Assembly: GCA_027622665.1 (NCBI GenBank)
Contig: JAQBYT010000007.1
Span: 80,299 to 144,298, forward strand
Reading direction: 5' to 3'
DNA length: 64,000 bases
Source of the DNA: Verrucomicrobiota bacterium
Lineage (GTDB): Bacteria > Verrucomicrobiota > Verrucomicrobiia > Opitutales > Seribacteraceae
Position numbers and translations under genes: made by a program. Of the stretch, positions 42,271 to 51,861 are shown piece by piece. Below the pieces are notes generated by a model. That model worked only from the letters and a program-made list of their open reading frames with translations, had not been told where the DNA came from and did no database searches. The first letter of the stretch is position 1. Every line of letters starts with the position of its first letter.

Positions 42271-43464
42271 TCAATTCACGCAAAACTGGAGGATGCGAGC
42301 GGCGGAGGTCTTTCCCTCGGCATTGCCTTTTTCGGAAAGGGTTAAGCTGAGGGTGTGCTTGCCGGGTTTTAGGTCGTGGGCGAATACAACGCTTCGCGGA
42401 TAGTGTAGACCGCCGCTATATCGATGACCCAGCGTAACCGTGCCCTTTACCTTGCCGTCGATCTCGAATTTCAAGACTCCCGCGTCTGGTCCCGCCAAAA
42501 CGAAGGCCCCGATGGCGGAACCCTCGAAATCAATGCTAGTGGTCGATCCCGGCTTTTCGGTATGCAGAAGAGGCTTGCCTAAGTAGCGAGCTCGTTTCCC
42601 GCCGGAAAGCTTTTTCCATTCCGGTACGCTCCACTTCCATCCTCCTTCCAGCTTTGCCTTCTCCGGAGAAAGGAACCGTCCCTTAACGTAGCTGTGCGCG
42701 TTGAAGAGCTTTTGGGGAACGGGGTGGGGGACGCCCTTTTTCGCGAGCGGTCTTTTCCATGATTGTTCGAGCATGCTTGCTGCCAAGTCTGCCGCCAGCT
42801 GGTTGCCGGGTTTCTTGGGGTGAGTGCCCCCGAACTCCGCCCATGTGAAAGTGCCCGCGTTTATACGGTCGGCCACTTCCTTGGCGAGGTGGACGGCAGA
42901 TACCCCGTAGTGGTCGAAGACCTCTTGATGCGCGGCTATGGGCAGAGGTTGCTTACCATCCTGAAGCTGCTTGAGCATCCCGGGGTTCACGAAATAGGTG
43001 ACCACCACGTCGGCATTCGGGTTGTGGGTGCGTAAGTGGCGGATGATTCCTTCCATCCCGCGTTGAGCGGCTTCGCGGGAATGTCCGGCATCCTGATCGT
43101 CGTTTACCGCGAACTCGACGAAGAACAAGTCGACCGGTCCGTAATCCAGTACGTCCCGTTGGAGGCGGAAGGCGCCCGTGGTGGAGCAGGTGGAGGAAAT
43201 GCCCGCGTTGGTGAAGGTGAACTCGGTGTTCGGGAAACGCTTTTGTAGCCACTCCCACAGGATAGGCCGATATCCGTTCATTTCCGTTATGGAGCCGCCC
43301 ATGAAGGCGACGTGCCCCTTCTTCTCCTTTTCGAAAACGAGGCGTGAATTATCAAAGTTTCCGCGCAGGAGCAGATTTGGGTTCAGCTTGGTTTCCTCGG
43401 CGAAGGTGGAAACGGCCGAGGCAAGCACGCAGAGAGAGAGTGTTCGGATCGAGTGGTTCATCAT
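42271..43464 (-). CDS. SGNH/GDSL hydrolase, secreted
   Basis: FMGGSITE, NAGISST, EFAVND, GTHP. Confidence 0.85.
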   Translation of the reverse strand: MMNHSIRTLSLCVLASAVSTFAEETKLNPNLLLRGNFDNSRLVFEKEKKGHVAFMGGSITEMNGYRPILWEWLQKRFPNTEFTFTNAGISSTCSTTGAFRLQRDVLDYGPVDLFFVEFAVNDDQDAGHSREAAQRGMEGIIRHLRTHNPNADVVVTYFVNPGMLKQLQDGKQPLPIAAHQEVFDHYGVSAVHLAKEVADRINAGTFTWAEFGGTHPKKPGNQLAADLAASMLEQSWKRPLAKKGVPHPVPQKLFNAHSYVKGRFLSPEKAKLEGGWKWSVPEWKKLSGGKRARYLGKPLLHTEKPGSTTSIDFEGSAIGAFVLAGPDAGVLKFEIDGKVKGTVTLGHRYSGGLHYPRSVVFAHDLKPGKHTLSLTLSEKGNAEGKTSAARILQFCVN

Positions 43465-43475
43465 TTCAAAGCTTT

Positions 43476-44123
43476 TCAATGTTCTTGGCTCAAGGCGAGA
43501 GCTTCCTTGGCTAAAGTGGTGATTTCGTCGAAGCGTTTTTCCTCCAGCAGTTTGCCCGCCACAAGCCATGAGCCCCCTACGGCCAGCACCTCGGGCAGGG
43601 CCCAGTAGGCGGGAGCCTTCTCCAAGGTTATGCTTCCCGTGGGAACGAACTGGACGCCTTCCGCCTTAAAAGGGGCGATGAGGGCCTTCAAGAACGCGGC
43701 CCCGCCCGCGGGTTCGGCGGGAAAGAATTTCAGGTTTTTGCAACCTAGGGCCAGAGCCCTGCTCACTTCCGTTGGCGTAAGCACTCCCGGGAACAGCGGA
43801 AATCCCGCTCGGATGCAGGTGCCTAACACGGCTTCGTCCAGTCCGGGCGAAACCCCGAAGTCGATCCCGTCCTCTACCAGTTCGGGAATCACGGCGGCGT
43901 TGAGGATGGTGCCCGCCCCGAGCAGCATGTCGGGAAAGCGCTTGCGGGTTTCCCGGAGCGCTTCCCTGGCTGCTTCCGTGCGCAGGGTGATTTCCAACAG
44001 GTTCATCCCACCCTCCAAGAGGGCTTCGGCCATGCGTGGACCGTCTTCGGGTTTTGATACGACTGCTACGGGCATCACGCGGTTTGCCCGAATTCGGTTT
44101 ACGATGGGAGAAGCTTCGCTCAT
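43476..44123 (-). CDS. eda: KDPG/KHG aldolase
   Basis: EITLRT, GAGT, TPTEV, KFFPA, PTG. Confidence 0.93.
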   Translation of the reverse strand: MSEASPIVNRIRANRVMPVAVVSKPEDGPRMAEALLEGGMNLLEITLRTEAAREALRETRKRFPDMLLGAGTILNAAVIPELVEDGIDFGVSPGLDEAVLGTCIRAGFPLFPGVLTPTEVSRALALGCKNLKFFPAEPAGGAAFLKALIAPFKAEGVQFVPTGSITLEKAPAYWALPEVLAVGGSWLVAGKLLEEKRFDEITTLAKEALALSQEH

Positions 44124-44284
44124 TATGTTTTGCCTGCGTAGGGGGGGATGCTTGCTTCTGCAAGCGGTTTCGTCCGATCGCCCCCTTTTACGTCTTTCGC
44201 AAATCACCTTATGAAGCTCACAGGCATTTCGCGACCATTTGCCCCGGAGGTTTTCTCCGGGTACTTTTTCGTCCACGCAGTAAT

Positions 44285-45742
44285 ATGAGTTCCGACTACG
44301 TAAAGATCGCCCGCCTAAAGGACGTTCCCGCCTTTCGCGAGCGCCTGAAAGAGCTAGACCTCGAGCTCCCGGTAGACGATGTTGTCCTTACCGCCGCCGC
44401 AGGCTCGCCCTTGGCCCAGCCCATCGACGTGAGCGGCGTAACCGTGGGCAACCGCTGGTGCATTCACCCCATGGAAGGCTGGGACGCCAACCGCGACGGT
44501 TCTCCCACCGAGTACACCCTCCGACGCTGGCGCAACTTCGGGCTCAGCGGGGCCAAGCTCATTTGGGGTGGCGAGGCCGCCGCCGTGCAGCCCGACGGCC
44601 GGGCCAATCCCAACCAGACCCTGGCCACCCCCGAAAACGAGGACGGTCTCCGGCAACTCCTCACTACTCTCAACGCCGCCCATGCCGAGAGTTTCGGCTC
44701 CACCGACGATCTTCTCGTCGGTCTCCAGCTCACCCATTCGGGGCGCTTCTGTAAGCCCAACGACAAGCAGCGCTGGGAACCGCGCATCGCCTGTCACCAC
44801 CCCTTGCTCGACGAGAAGTACGGGATCGATCCCGAGGACGATTCCATCGTCTGGACCGACGACGATTTGCATCGCCTCGTCGATACCTACGTCGAATCGG
44901 CTCGGCTCGCCCATAAGGTCGGCTTTCGCTTCGTCGACGTTAAGGCTTGTCACGGCTACCTCCTGCACGAGTTCCTTTCCGCCCGTTCCCGGCCCGGTCC
45001 CTTCGGCGGAGATTTCGAGGGTCGCTCCCGTCTCCTCAATACCATCATCGCCCGCATTCGGGAAGAAATTCCCGAGCTCATTGTCGGCGTGCGGCTCAGT
45101 TTCTTCGACACCGTCCCCTTTGAGACCAGCACGGAAATGGGCCGCCCGATGGATTTTTCCGACCACTTGCCTTATCTTCATGGCTTCGGGGTGGACGAAA
45201 ACGATCCGCTGCAACCGGACCTCGCCGAACCCCTGCGACTCGTGGCCGAGCTCAAGGAATCCGGCGTGGCTCTCGTCAACCTCAGTTGCGGCAGCCCCTA
45301 TTCCAACCCACACGTTCAGCGCCCCGCCATCTTTCCGCCCAGCGACGGGTACCAACCGCCCGAGGATCCCCTCGTGGGCGTCGCCCGCCAGATAAACGCC
45401 GTACGCGAGTGCAAGAAGGCCGTTCCGAATCTTCCCCTGGTGGGTACGGGCTACACTTACCTGCAGGATTACTTGCCGCACGTCGCCCAGGCCGCCGTTA
45501 GGGAAGGTTGGGTCGATTTCGTGGGTCTCGGCCGCATGGTCCTGTCTTATCCCCGGTTCCCCGCCGACGTTTTGGAAAACGGCGCCCTGCAACGTCGTTA
45601 TGTCTGCCGCACCTTCAGCGACTGCACCACCGCTCCCCGCAACGGCATGATCTCCGGTTGCTTCCCCCTAGACCCTTTTTACAAAGAACTTCCCGAGGCC
45701 GCTCGAGTGAAGCAGATCAAGAAGGATCTAGCCTCGGGCTAA
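44285..45742 (+). CDS. NADH:flavin oxidoreductase (Old Yellow Enzyme family)
   Basis: NRWCIHPMEG, LQLTHSGR, KACHGYLLHEFLS, DFVGLGR. Confidence 0.9.
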   Translation: MSSDYVKIARLKDVPAFRERLKELDLELPVDDVVLTAAAGSPLAQPIDVSGVTVGNRWCIHPMEGWDANRDGSPTEYTLRRWRNFGLSGAKLIWGGEAAAVQPDGRANPNQTLATPENEDGLRQLLTTLNAAHAESFGSTDDLLVGLQLTHSGRFCKPNDKQRWEPRIACHHPLLDEKYGIDPEDDSIVWTDDDLHRLVDTYVESARLAHKVGFRFVDVKACHGYLLHEFLSARSRPGPFGGDFEGRSRLLNTIIARIREEIPELIVGVRLSFFDTVPFETSTEMGRPMDFSDHLPYLHGFGVDENDPLQPDLAEPLRLVAELKESGVALVNLSCGSPYSNPHVQRPAIFPPSDGYQPPEDPLVGVARQINAVRECKKAVPNLPLVGTGYTYLQDYLPHVAQAAVREGWVDFVGLGRMVLSYPRFPADVLENGALQRRYVCRTFSDCTTAPRNGMISGCFPLDPFYKELPEAARVKQIKKDLASG

Positions 45743-45779
45743 AATCCCGGAGCGACAAGTTTCCCTTCGCCTCCACGCT

Positions 45780-46490
45780 GTCATTGTGAGGCCGCGGGGG
45801 GTGGCAATCCACACACACTCTTGTCATTGCGAGCCCGGTAGGGCGTGGCAATCAGGTCTCCTCACTTTTATGTCATTGCGAGGAAGGTCTCGAAGAGAAC
45901 TGACGTGGCAATCCAGTCTGATGCGTCATGTGGGATGCCGGGGCGATGTGGGATGCCGGGACGATGCGGGAGGCCGGGGCGATGCGGGATGCCGGGGCGA
46001 TGCGGGATGCCGGGGCGATGCGGTGGGATGCCGGACGCGACCGCTGGATTGCCGCGTCGCTGCGCTCCTCGCAATGACAACGGGGGGAGTGGAATGGGCG
46101 AGGTGGGACGCGTCCCGGTTTTCGGGCGTATCACCCTGTACTGTCATTGCGAGCCACAACGTGGTGTGGCAATCCAGGTCTCCTCACTTTTTGTCATTGC
46201 GAGGAAGGTCTCGAAGAGAACTGAGGTGGCAATCCAGTCTGAGGCGTCATGCGGGATGCCGGGGCGATGCGGGGGTTGCCGGACGCGACCGCTGCGCTCC
46301 TCGCAATGACAACGCAAAAACATGGGGGATGCCCAAACGGTCGCTGGATTGCCGCGTCGCTACGCTCCTCGCAATGACAAAAGGGAGGACGGGAATGGGC
46401 GAGATGATGCGCGTCCCGTTTTTCGGATGCGTCCCACAACGCTGTCATTGCGAGCCCGTTAGGGCGTGGCAATCCGGTCTGAGGCGTTGC
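45780..46490. repeat. Array of REP-like palindromic units with an internal 18-bp minisatellite
   Basis: GTCATTG(C/T)GAG..GTGGCAATC at 45780, 45823, 45872, 46143, 46193 and 46444; inverse CTCGCAATGAC near 46070, 46300 and 46370. Confidence 0.9.
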
Positions 46491-46505
46491 TTGAGATGAC
46501 CGGCT

Positions 46506-46688
46506 CTAGCCGTGCTTGATCAAATCCTTCAGAATCTTCTTGGCCAAGCGCTCGTTGATTTCACGATGCCTTGGAACGGGTTGGGAAAAGCCGGTCTCTG
46601 GGTTATGATAGACATCATGCTTCGCCCCGTGTCTCAGCAATACGCAACCGACCTTTTTCAGCTGCTTGACGAGGTCTACTCTCTTCAC
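46506..46688 (-). CDS. hicA: HicA family toxin
   Basis: 60 aa, LLRHGAKHDVYHNP...VPRHREI...AKKI. Confidence 0.9.
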   Translation of the reverse strand: MKRVDLVKQLKKVGCVLLRHGAKHDVYHNPETGFSQPVPRHREINERLAKKILKDLIKHG

Positions 46689-46876
46689 GCAACCTCAAGT
46701 TCACCCACTCGGCGAATACCCGGGATCGGCCCGTCGGAAAATTCCTTATGCAAGTCGATCAAGTGTTCCTTCAGATCATCCAAATCCTCGCCTTGCGTCC
46801 AGTGATCGGGATACTCGTTCAAGTGACCGAGCAATTTCCCATCCTCTTCAGTCCAGTAGGTGAAGTTAATCTTCAT
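46685..46876 (-). CDS. hicB: HicB-like antitoxin (short, no DNA-binding domain)
   Basis: 63 aa acidic, YPDHWTQGEDLDDLKEHL; stop overlaps hicA start (GTGA). Confidence 0.85.
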   Translation of the reverse strand: MKINFTYWTEEDGKLLGHLNEYPDHWTQGEDLDDLKEHLIDLHKEFSDGPIPGIRRVGELEVA

Positions 46877-46977
46877 TTAGAAAAAGATATTCCTGATTCG
46901 AGTTTCGTTCAAGTCACAAACTTCAAAAGCATGAAGTCCCAAACAAGTACACCCGTCTATGCTCTTTCGTCTTAATG

Positions 46978-47164
46978 CTGTCCCTGCGAGCCCGGCAGGG
47001 CGTGGCAATCAGGTCTCCTCACTCTCTTCTCATTGCGAGGAAGGTCTCGAAGAGAACTGAGGTGGCAATCCAGTCTGAGGCGTCATGCGGGAGGCCGGGG
47101 CGATGCGGGGGTTGCCCGATGGTTCCGCTGGATTAGCCGCGTCGCTGTTCTCCTTGCAATGACA
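46978..47164. repeat. Further copy of the composite REP-like unit
   Basis: Matches 45823-46079 (GAAGGTCTCGAAGAGAACTGAGGTGGCAATCCAGTCTG) and shares GGTTGCCC.ATGGTTCCGCTGGATT with 14259-14285. Confidence 0.88.
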
Positions 47165-47264
47165 ACACAGGAGCTTGGAGCGTGAGCGAATCCGGCAATT
47201 GAGGTTCGATACCATTCGGTTGGCCTGCAGCTAGCCATTCTCCGGGACTCGGCAACTTCCAAGT

Positions 47265-49748
47265 TCAGTTAGCCGATTGAAATACAGCCTGAAGGGCTTC
47301 GCGAGAATTAGGGACGATTCGCCTGTTCAATTGGCCGGAGGAGTTCCTGCCCATGCCCCACAGGCTGCCGTCCGTCTTTCGGTAGAGACTGTGCTGGGAG
47401 CCGCCGGCAATCGCCGAGACGTTCGCGTCCACCACCTTGACTGGGGAAGTGCGGTTCGTCGTGGTTCCGTCTCCCAATTGACCCTCGAAGTTTCTTCCCA
47501 TCACCCAGAGGCTGCCGTCGGTCTTTCGGTAGAGACTGTGCTGACCGTCGCCGGCAATCGCCGAGACGTTCGCGTCCACCACCTTGACTGGGGAAGTACG
47601 GTTCGTCGTGTTATCGTCTCCCAGTTGACCCTCGTTATTTCTTCCCATCACCCACAGGCTGCCGTCCGTCTTCAATAAGAGGCTGTGGTAATATCCCGCG
47701 GCAATCGCCGAGACGTTCGCGTCCACCACCTTGACGGGGGAAGTACGGTTCGTCGTGTTACCATCTCCCAGTTGACCCTCGTTGTTCATGCCCATTGCCC
47801 ACAGGCTGCCGTCGGTCTTCAGGAAGAGGCTGTGCTGAATTCCCGCGGCAATCGCCGAGACATTCGCGTCCACCACCTTGACGGGGGAAGTACGGTTCGT
47901 CGTGTTACCGTCTCCCAGTTGACCCTCGTTGTTCCTTCCCATTCCCCACAGGCTGCCGTCGGTCTTCAAGAAGAGGCTGTGGTAAATTCCCGCAAACACC
48001 GCCGAGACGTTCGCGTCCACCACCTTGACGGGGGAGGTGCGGGTAGTGGTGTTACCGTCGCCCAATTGACCGTAGTTGTTCCTGCCCATTCCCCACAGGC
48101 TGCCGTCGGTCTTCAGGAAGAGGCTGTGGGTTTGTCCCGCCGCGACTGAAGCCACATTCGCGTCTACCACTTGCTTGGATGAAAAAAGATCGGTGGTGTT
48201 ACCGTCTCCCAGTTGTCCGAAACTGTTTTCACCCACGCCCCAAAGGGAACCGTCCGACTTGAGGTAAAGGCTATGGTTGGCGCCAGAGCCTGTCTGAAGG
48301 CCGGAGACGTTTGCGTCCACCATCTTGACGGGCTGAGGATAACTCACCGGAGTCCCGAGTCCAAGTTCCCCCGAACCGTTGGTTCCCGACCCCCATAGCG
48401 TGCCGTCGCTCTTGGCGTAGACCGTGTGCATCCAACCCGCCGCAAAGGCGGTCACGTTTGCGTCCACCACCTCCACGGGCGTGCGAGCCTCGGTAGGGCC
48501 CGAACCCAATTGGCCATGATGATTCCTGCCCATGCCCCAGAGGCTGCCGTCCGTCTTTAGAAAGAGGCAATGACCTTCGCCGGCTGAAAGGGTGGTGACG
48601 TTTGCGTTGACCACCAATACGGGCTCTCGGCGAATGTCAGTCGTGCCGTCGCCCAGGCGTCCAAAACCATTGTGGCCCATGGCCCAGAGGCTGCCGTCCA
48701 TCTTGGAGAAATAGCTGGAATGCATTCCGCAAGCGACGTTCGCGACGCCGGAATCCAATACCCGAATGGGAGTTCGACGAATAGTATTGGTTCCGTCGCC
48801 CAGTTGGCCGGCGTTGTTCAAACCCATAGCCCATAGGCTGCCGTTCTTCTTGACGAATAGGGAATGCCCTTGACCTGCGGCAATGGCGGCAACTCCACCC
48901 GGAAGCGACTCGAAGGGGGTGAGGATGTTGGCGTTATTCTCGATGCCCAGTTGACCCTCGGCGTTTCTTCCCATAACCCAGAGCGAACCGTTGGCCTTGA
49001 GAAACAAGCTGTGATGCCAGCCGGCGGCAACTGCCACCACGTCGCTAGCCACCTGTATCGGAAGGGAACGCGATGTGTTGGTTCCGTCGCCGAGCTGGCC
49101 ATTGCCATTGTTTCCCATGGCCCAGAGGGTGCTATCCTTCTTGAGAAAGAGTGAATGCATATACCCTGCTGCCACCGCGGTAACGTTTTCGTCCACTACT
49201 CGCAGATAAGAAAAGCTGTCCGTGTCGTTGCCGTCGCCCAGCTGTCCGTTATTGTTCTCTCCCGCGGCCCAGAGGGAGCCGTTGGAATCCACGAAGAGGG
49301 AATGGCGACCGGCCGAAATCGTTGAGATCCCGCTTCCCGAAAGAAATAGTTGAAAGGAATTCTCGACCGAACCGAAGGCATTGGAGGCGACTAAGGTGTA
49401 TCGGTTTGCCTCGCCTGCGGAGACGGCAAGCTCGGTGCCGGTTGCCCCGGAAATGGAAACACCGTCCTTCTTCCATTGGTATTGGACAAAGGCGCCTTGG
49501 GTGCCTGTCGCCTTCAGGACTTGGGATTGGCCAGGAAATGACAATTTATCGGAGTTTCCGCCCGTGAAACTGGGCTTGAGGGCGGAAGCCAAGTATGCCT
49601 TCAGGACGGGATCGAGACGCGAAAGGCCTAGGCTAGCGTTGAGATCCGTACGTACCTCGGAGGAAAGCATGTCCTTGGTGACGGAGGCCGGGGCGATGGA
49701 AGCGTTCAGATCGGCCACTACGTCGGGAGCCAAGCGAGCACGGGTGAT
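47265..49748 (-). pseudogene. 3' part of a split surface protein: Ig-like domain + RCC1/ATS1 beta-propeller repeats
   Basis: YQWKKDG Ig motif and about 14 HSLFLKxDGSLWxMGxNxxGQLGDG repeats; no signal peptide, begins in DLNAS repeats that match the 50.8-51.7 kb ORF. Confidence 0.8.
47325..48210 (-). repeat. Six near-identical 147-bp tandem repeats (49-aa RCC1 blades)
   Basis: (G/A)TTCGCGTC recurs at 47421, 47568, 47715, 47862, 48009 and 48156. Confidence 0.92.
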
Positions 49749-50842
49749 TGGTTTAGTCTTTTCGAGTACAGAAAAAACCATACATATCGATGCGCTTTCC
49801 ACCTACTGTATAAGCTGCCTTGTCTTCGACTATTTTGAATCTTATGTCGTATCTTCGTTGTATCGTATCCTCAACTTCAGTGAGTGGGACGAAAACATTT
49901 GGATAGAAAACCGCTTTATCAATAAACTTGCTGGGTAATGAACCTGGTCCGTTGCTCGAAAGAAAAGATTTCTGAACATTAACCAATGTATCGCTTCCTT
50001 CGTTGAAGGATGTCCTAGTTATAAATAGACACCTCGCATTGATAGCTATAAGGTCATTAAGGAAGGAAGAAGGGTCGGGGCAGTACTGTAGGGCTCCGCT
50101 CGTAAATACAATATCTACTTCTTTTAAGTTCTTTGAGGCAGTATCAATGTCGTCAAAGAACTTCAACTCGTCAGTCTCCAAATGTTTTGCTTCGGCAACC
50201 ATCGCGGGAGTTTCAACAACATTCCAATGTAAAGCTACTGACGGATCCAGAGCGGCTCTTGCGATAGTGTAGTGATAGCCACCCCCACCACCAAAGTCAA
50301 TAACCTTCAAAGTGTCTTTCGCTCCAGCTAAAGCTACGCCGATTAATGTTCGAAGAGAGCCAAGGTCAAAGACTGGGTTATGTTTTATGCGCTCTCTAAA
50401 TAAGACATTCTTTTCTACTACGACTTGCACTACCTCCTCTGCCTCATAAGCTCCCTTTTGGCAGTGCGCAAGAGCCTCCGTGTATGATTTATACGATCGA
50501 GATGAGTGAGAAGACCGTTGTAATACCTTGAGCAGTAGCGGAGGTGTTAGTTCTTTTAAGAAGCTCTTAAGACGGCGTGATTTTTGCTGTGTGTGTGTGT
50601 GTGTCATAATTTAAAGTTGTGTTGTTTTCCCGATTTTAACAGCGCACAGCGCAGCGGCATAAGGTTTCGACTGTGCGCACAGTTTTACTTAAGTGATACA
50701 TTGTGAGTGTGTCGTGTGTTTCGTTGTGTAGCAGCGTAGCACTCATTTGCTTACACACTTTGCTACACACCAAAAATAATCACGCTGTAGGCCGCATAGA
50801 CGCTGGGTTTATTTTGAGTGTCTTTTCTCATAATCCGTTGGT
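49749..50842. mobile_element. AT-rich 1094-bp insertion (remnant of an integrative element?)
   Basis: Composition shift; interrupts a repeat-protein gene; att-like features at the right end; no recombinase inside. Confidence 0.5.
49753..50607 (-). CDS. Putative methyltransferase, TIGR04325/LIC12133-like
   Basis: VIDFGGGGGYHY, WNVVETPAMV, DIVFTSGALQY; AT-rich codon usage. Confidence 0.8.
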   Translation of the reverse strand: MTHTHTQQKSRRLKSFLKELTPPLLLKVLQRSSHSSRSYKSYTEALAHCQKGAYEAEEVVQVVVEKNVLFRERIKHNPVFDLGSLRTLIGVALAGAKDTLKVIDFGGGGGYHYTIARAALDPSVALHWNVVETPAMVAEAKHLETDELKFFDDIDTASKNLKEVDIVFTSGALQYCPDPSSFLNDLIAINARCLFITRTSFNEGSDTLVNVQKSFLSSNGPGSLPSKFIDKAVFYPNVFVPLTEVEDTIQRRYDIRFKIVEDKAAYTVGGKRIDMYGFFCTRKD

Positions 50843-51714
50843 AGTGGCATTCAGGTCGGACAACAAGTCGGCCGCGAGCATTGCACGGGTAATTGTGCGG
50901 TTGAGATCGGCGAGGACGTCTGCGGCGAGGAGCGAGGAGGTGATGCTGCCCGGGTGACGGTGCGGTTGAGATCGTCCAGCACGTCCGCCGGGAGCATGGA
51001 GCGGGTGATGACTACGGAGCGGTTGAGGTCGTTCAGAACGTCTGCGGGGAGCATGCCTCTTGTAATGACAACGGTGCGGTTGAGATCGGCGAGCACGTCT
51101 GCGGGGAGCATGGAACGGGTGATCTCGACCGTCCTGTTGAGATCGCGGCGCACGGAGGGAGACAACATGTCCCGGGTGATGCTGCCGGTCTGGATGGCGG
51201 CGTTTTGCTCGGGCAGGACGACGGAGGCGTTGAGGTCGGCGAGGACTTCTGCGGCGAGCATGCTTTTGGTGATGGAGCCGGGTTTCACGGCATCGGCAGT
51301 GAGGGCGTTTCTGGCTACCTCGGCGGCAAGGGCGTGGGGAGCGGAAGTGATGCGCTGGTCGGGGAGCATACGTAACCACTTTTTGGTATCGTGGCGGTAA
51401 AAGTGAACGACAAGAAAAAGTTGGGAATTTTCGAGGAACAAGTTTGGCGGGAAATCGTTCATCGTATTTCCGCCTAGCAAGGTGACGTACATGCCTCTAT
51501 CGACGTTCAACGTGACGCTGGCGTTGGCATCTGCGCCGTTTTGCCAATGGACGGTGCCGTGGGCATCCCGCAGGGCGAAGGTGAACCGGGCGTCGCCTTG
51601 GAAGTTGAGACCGTTGATCGCGACCTTTCCGGCATAGGGTACTGGCGCGGAGGCGGCATATTGCCAGAAGACGAAATGGGATAGAAATAGGAACGCGATT
51701 AGTTGTTTTTTCAT
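50843..51714 (-). pseudogene. 5' part of the split surface protein (signal peptide, N-domain, ITRxMLxxDVLxDLNxT repeats), frameshifted near 50950
   Basis: MKKQLIAFLFL signal, VPYAGKV, DQRITSAPHALAAEVA; the repeat continues in a second frame (PGSITSSLLAADVLADLNRT). Confidence 0.8.
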
Positions 51715-51834
51715 GAGAGATTACTTTCTCCCGAGAATACGATGGGATAATGCTCTTATGCAATATGTTTCAATAAGGAATGGTTTACCTTTGCCCCGGG
51801 GTGGCTACTTTTGCGGGTTTTTAAAAAAAATAGC

Positions 51835-51861
51835 TAAAGCCTTGCTCACTCCGTCCGACTA
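51835..51861 (+). promoter_or_regulatory. Possible sigma-28 (FliA) type promoter
   Basis: TAAA-N15-TCCGACTA versus consensus TAAA-N15-GCCGATAA, about 300 bp upstream of an FlgM-like ORF. Confidence 0.3.

Noticed and set aside
44354..45592. Long antisense ORFs (412 aa here; similar at 90-680, 20538-21395, 30588-31514 and 61681-63977)
   Set aside because: Shadow frames of clearly identified genes in GC-rich coding DNA
45786..46499. ORFs of 237, 154, 92, 88 and 77 aa over the repeat array (RGDAGC/GRCGMP repeats)
   Set aside because: Translations of non-coding palindromic and minisatellite DNA; open in several frames with no protein-like features
45780..47164. Possible CRISPR array
   Set aside because: Units occur in both orientations, spacers are themselves repeated and irregular, and no cas genes are present
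47325..48210. Diversity-generating retroelement TR/VR pair
   Set aside because: No reverse transcriptase in the window; repeats are in-frame tandem blades, not a separate template
50827..50870. Complete tRNA gene
   Set aside because: Only 16 nt resemble an anticodon loop and 3' side; no acceptor stem, D arm or TTC loop
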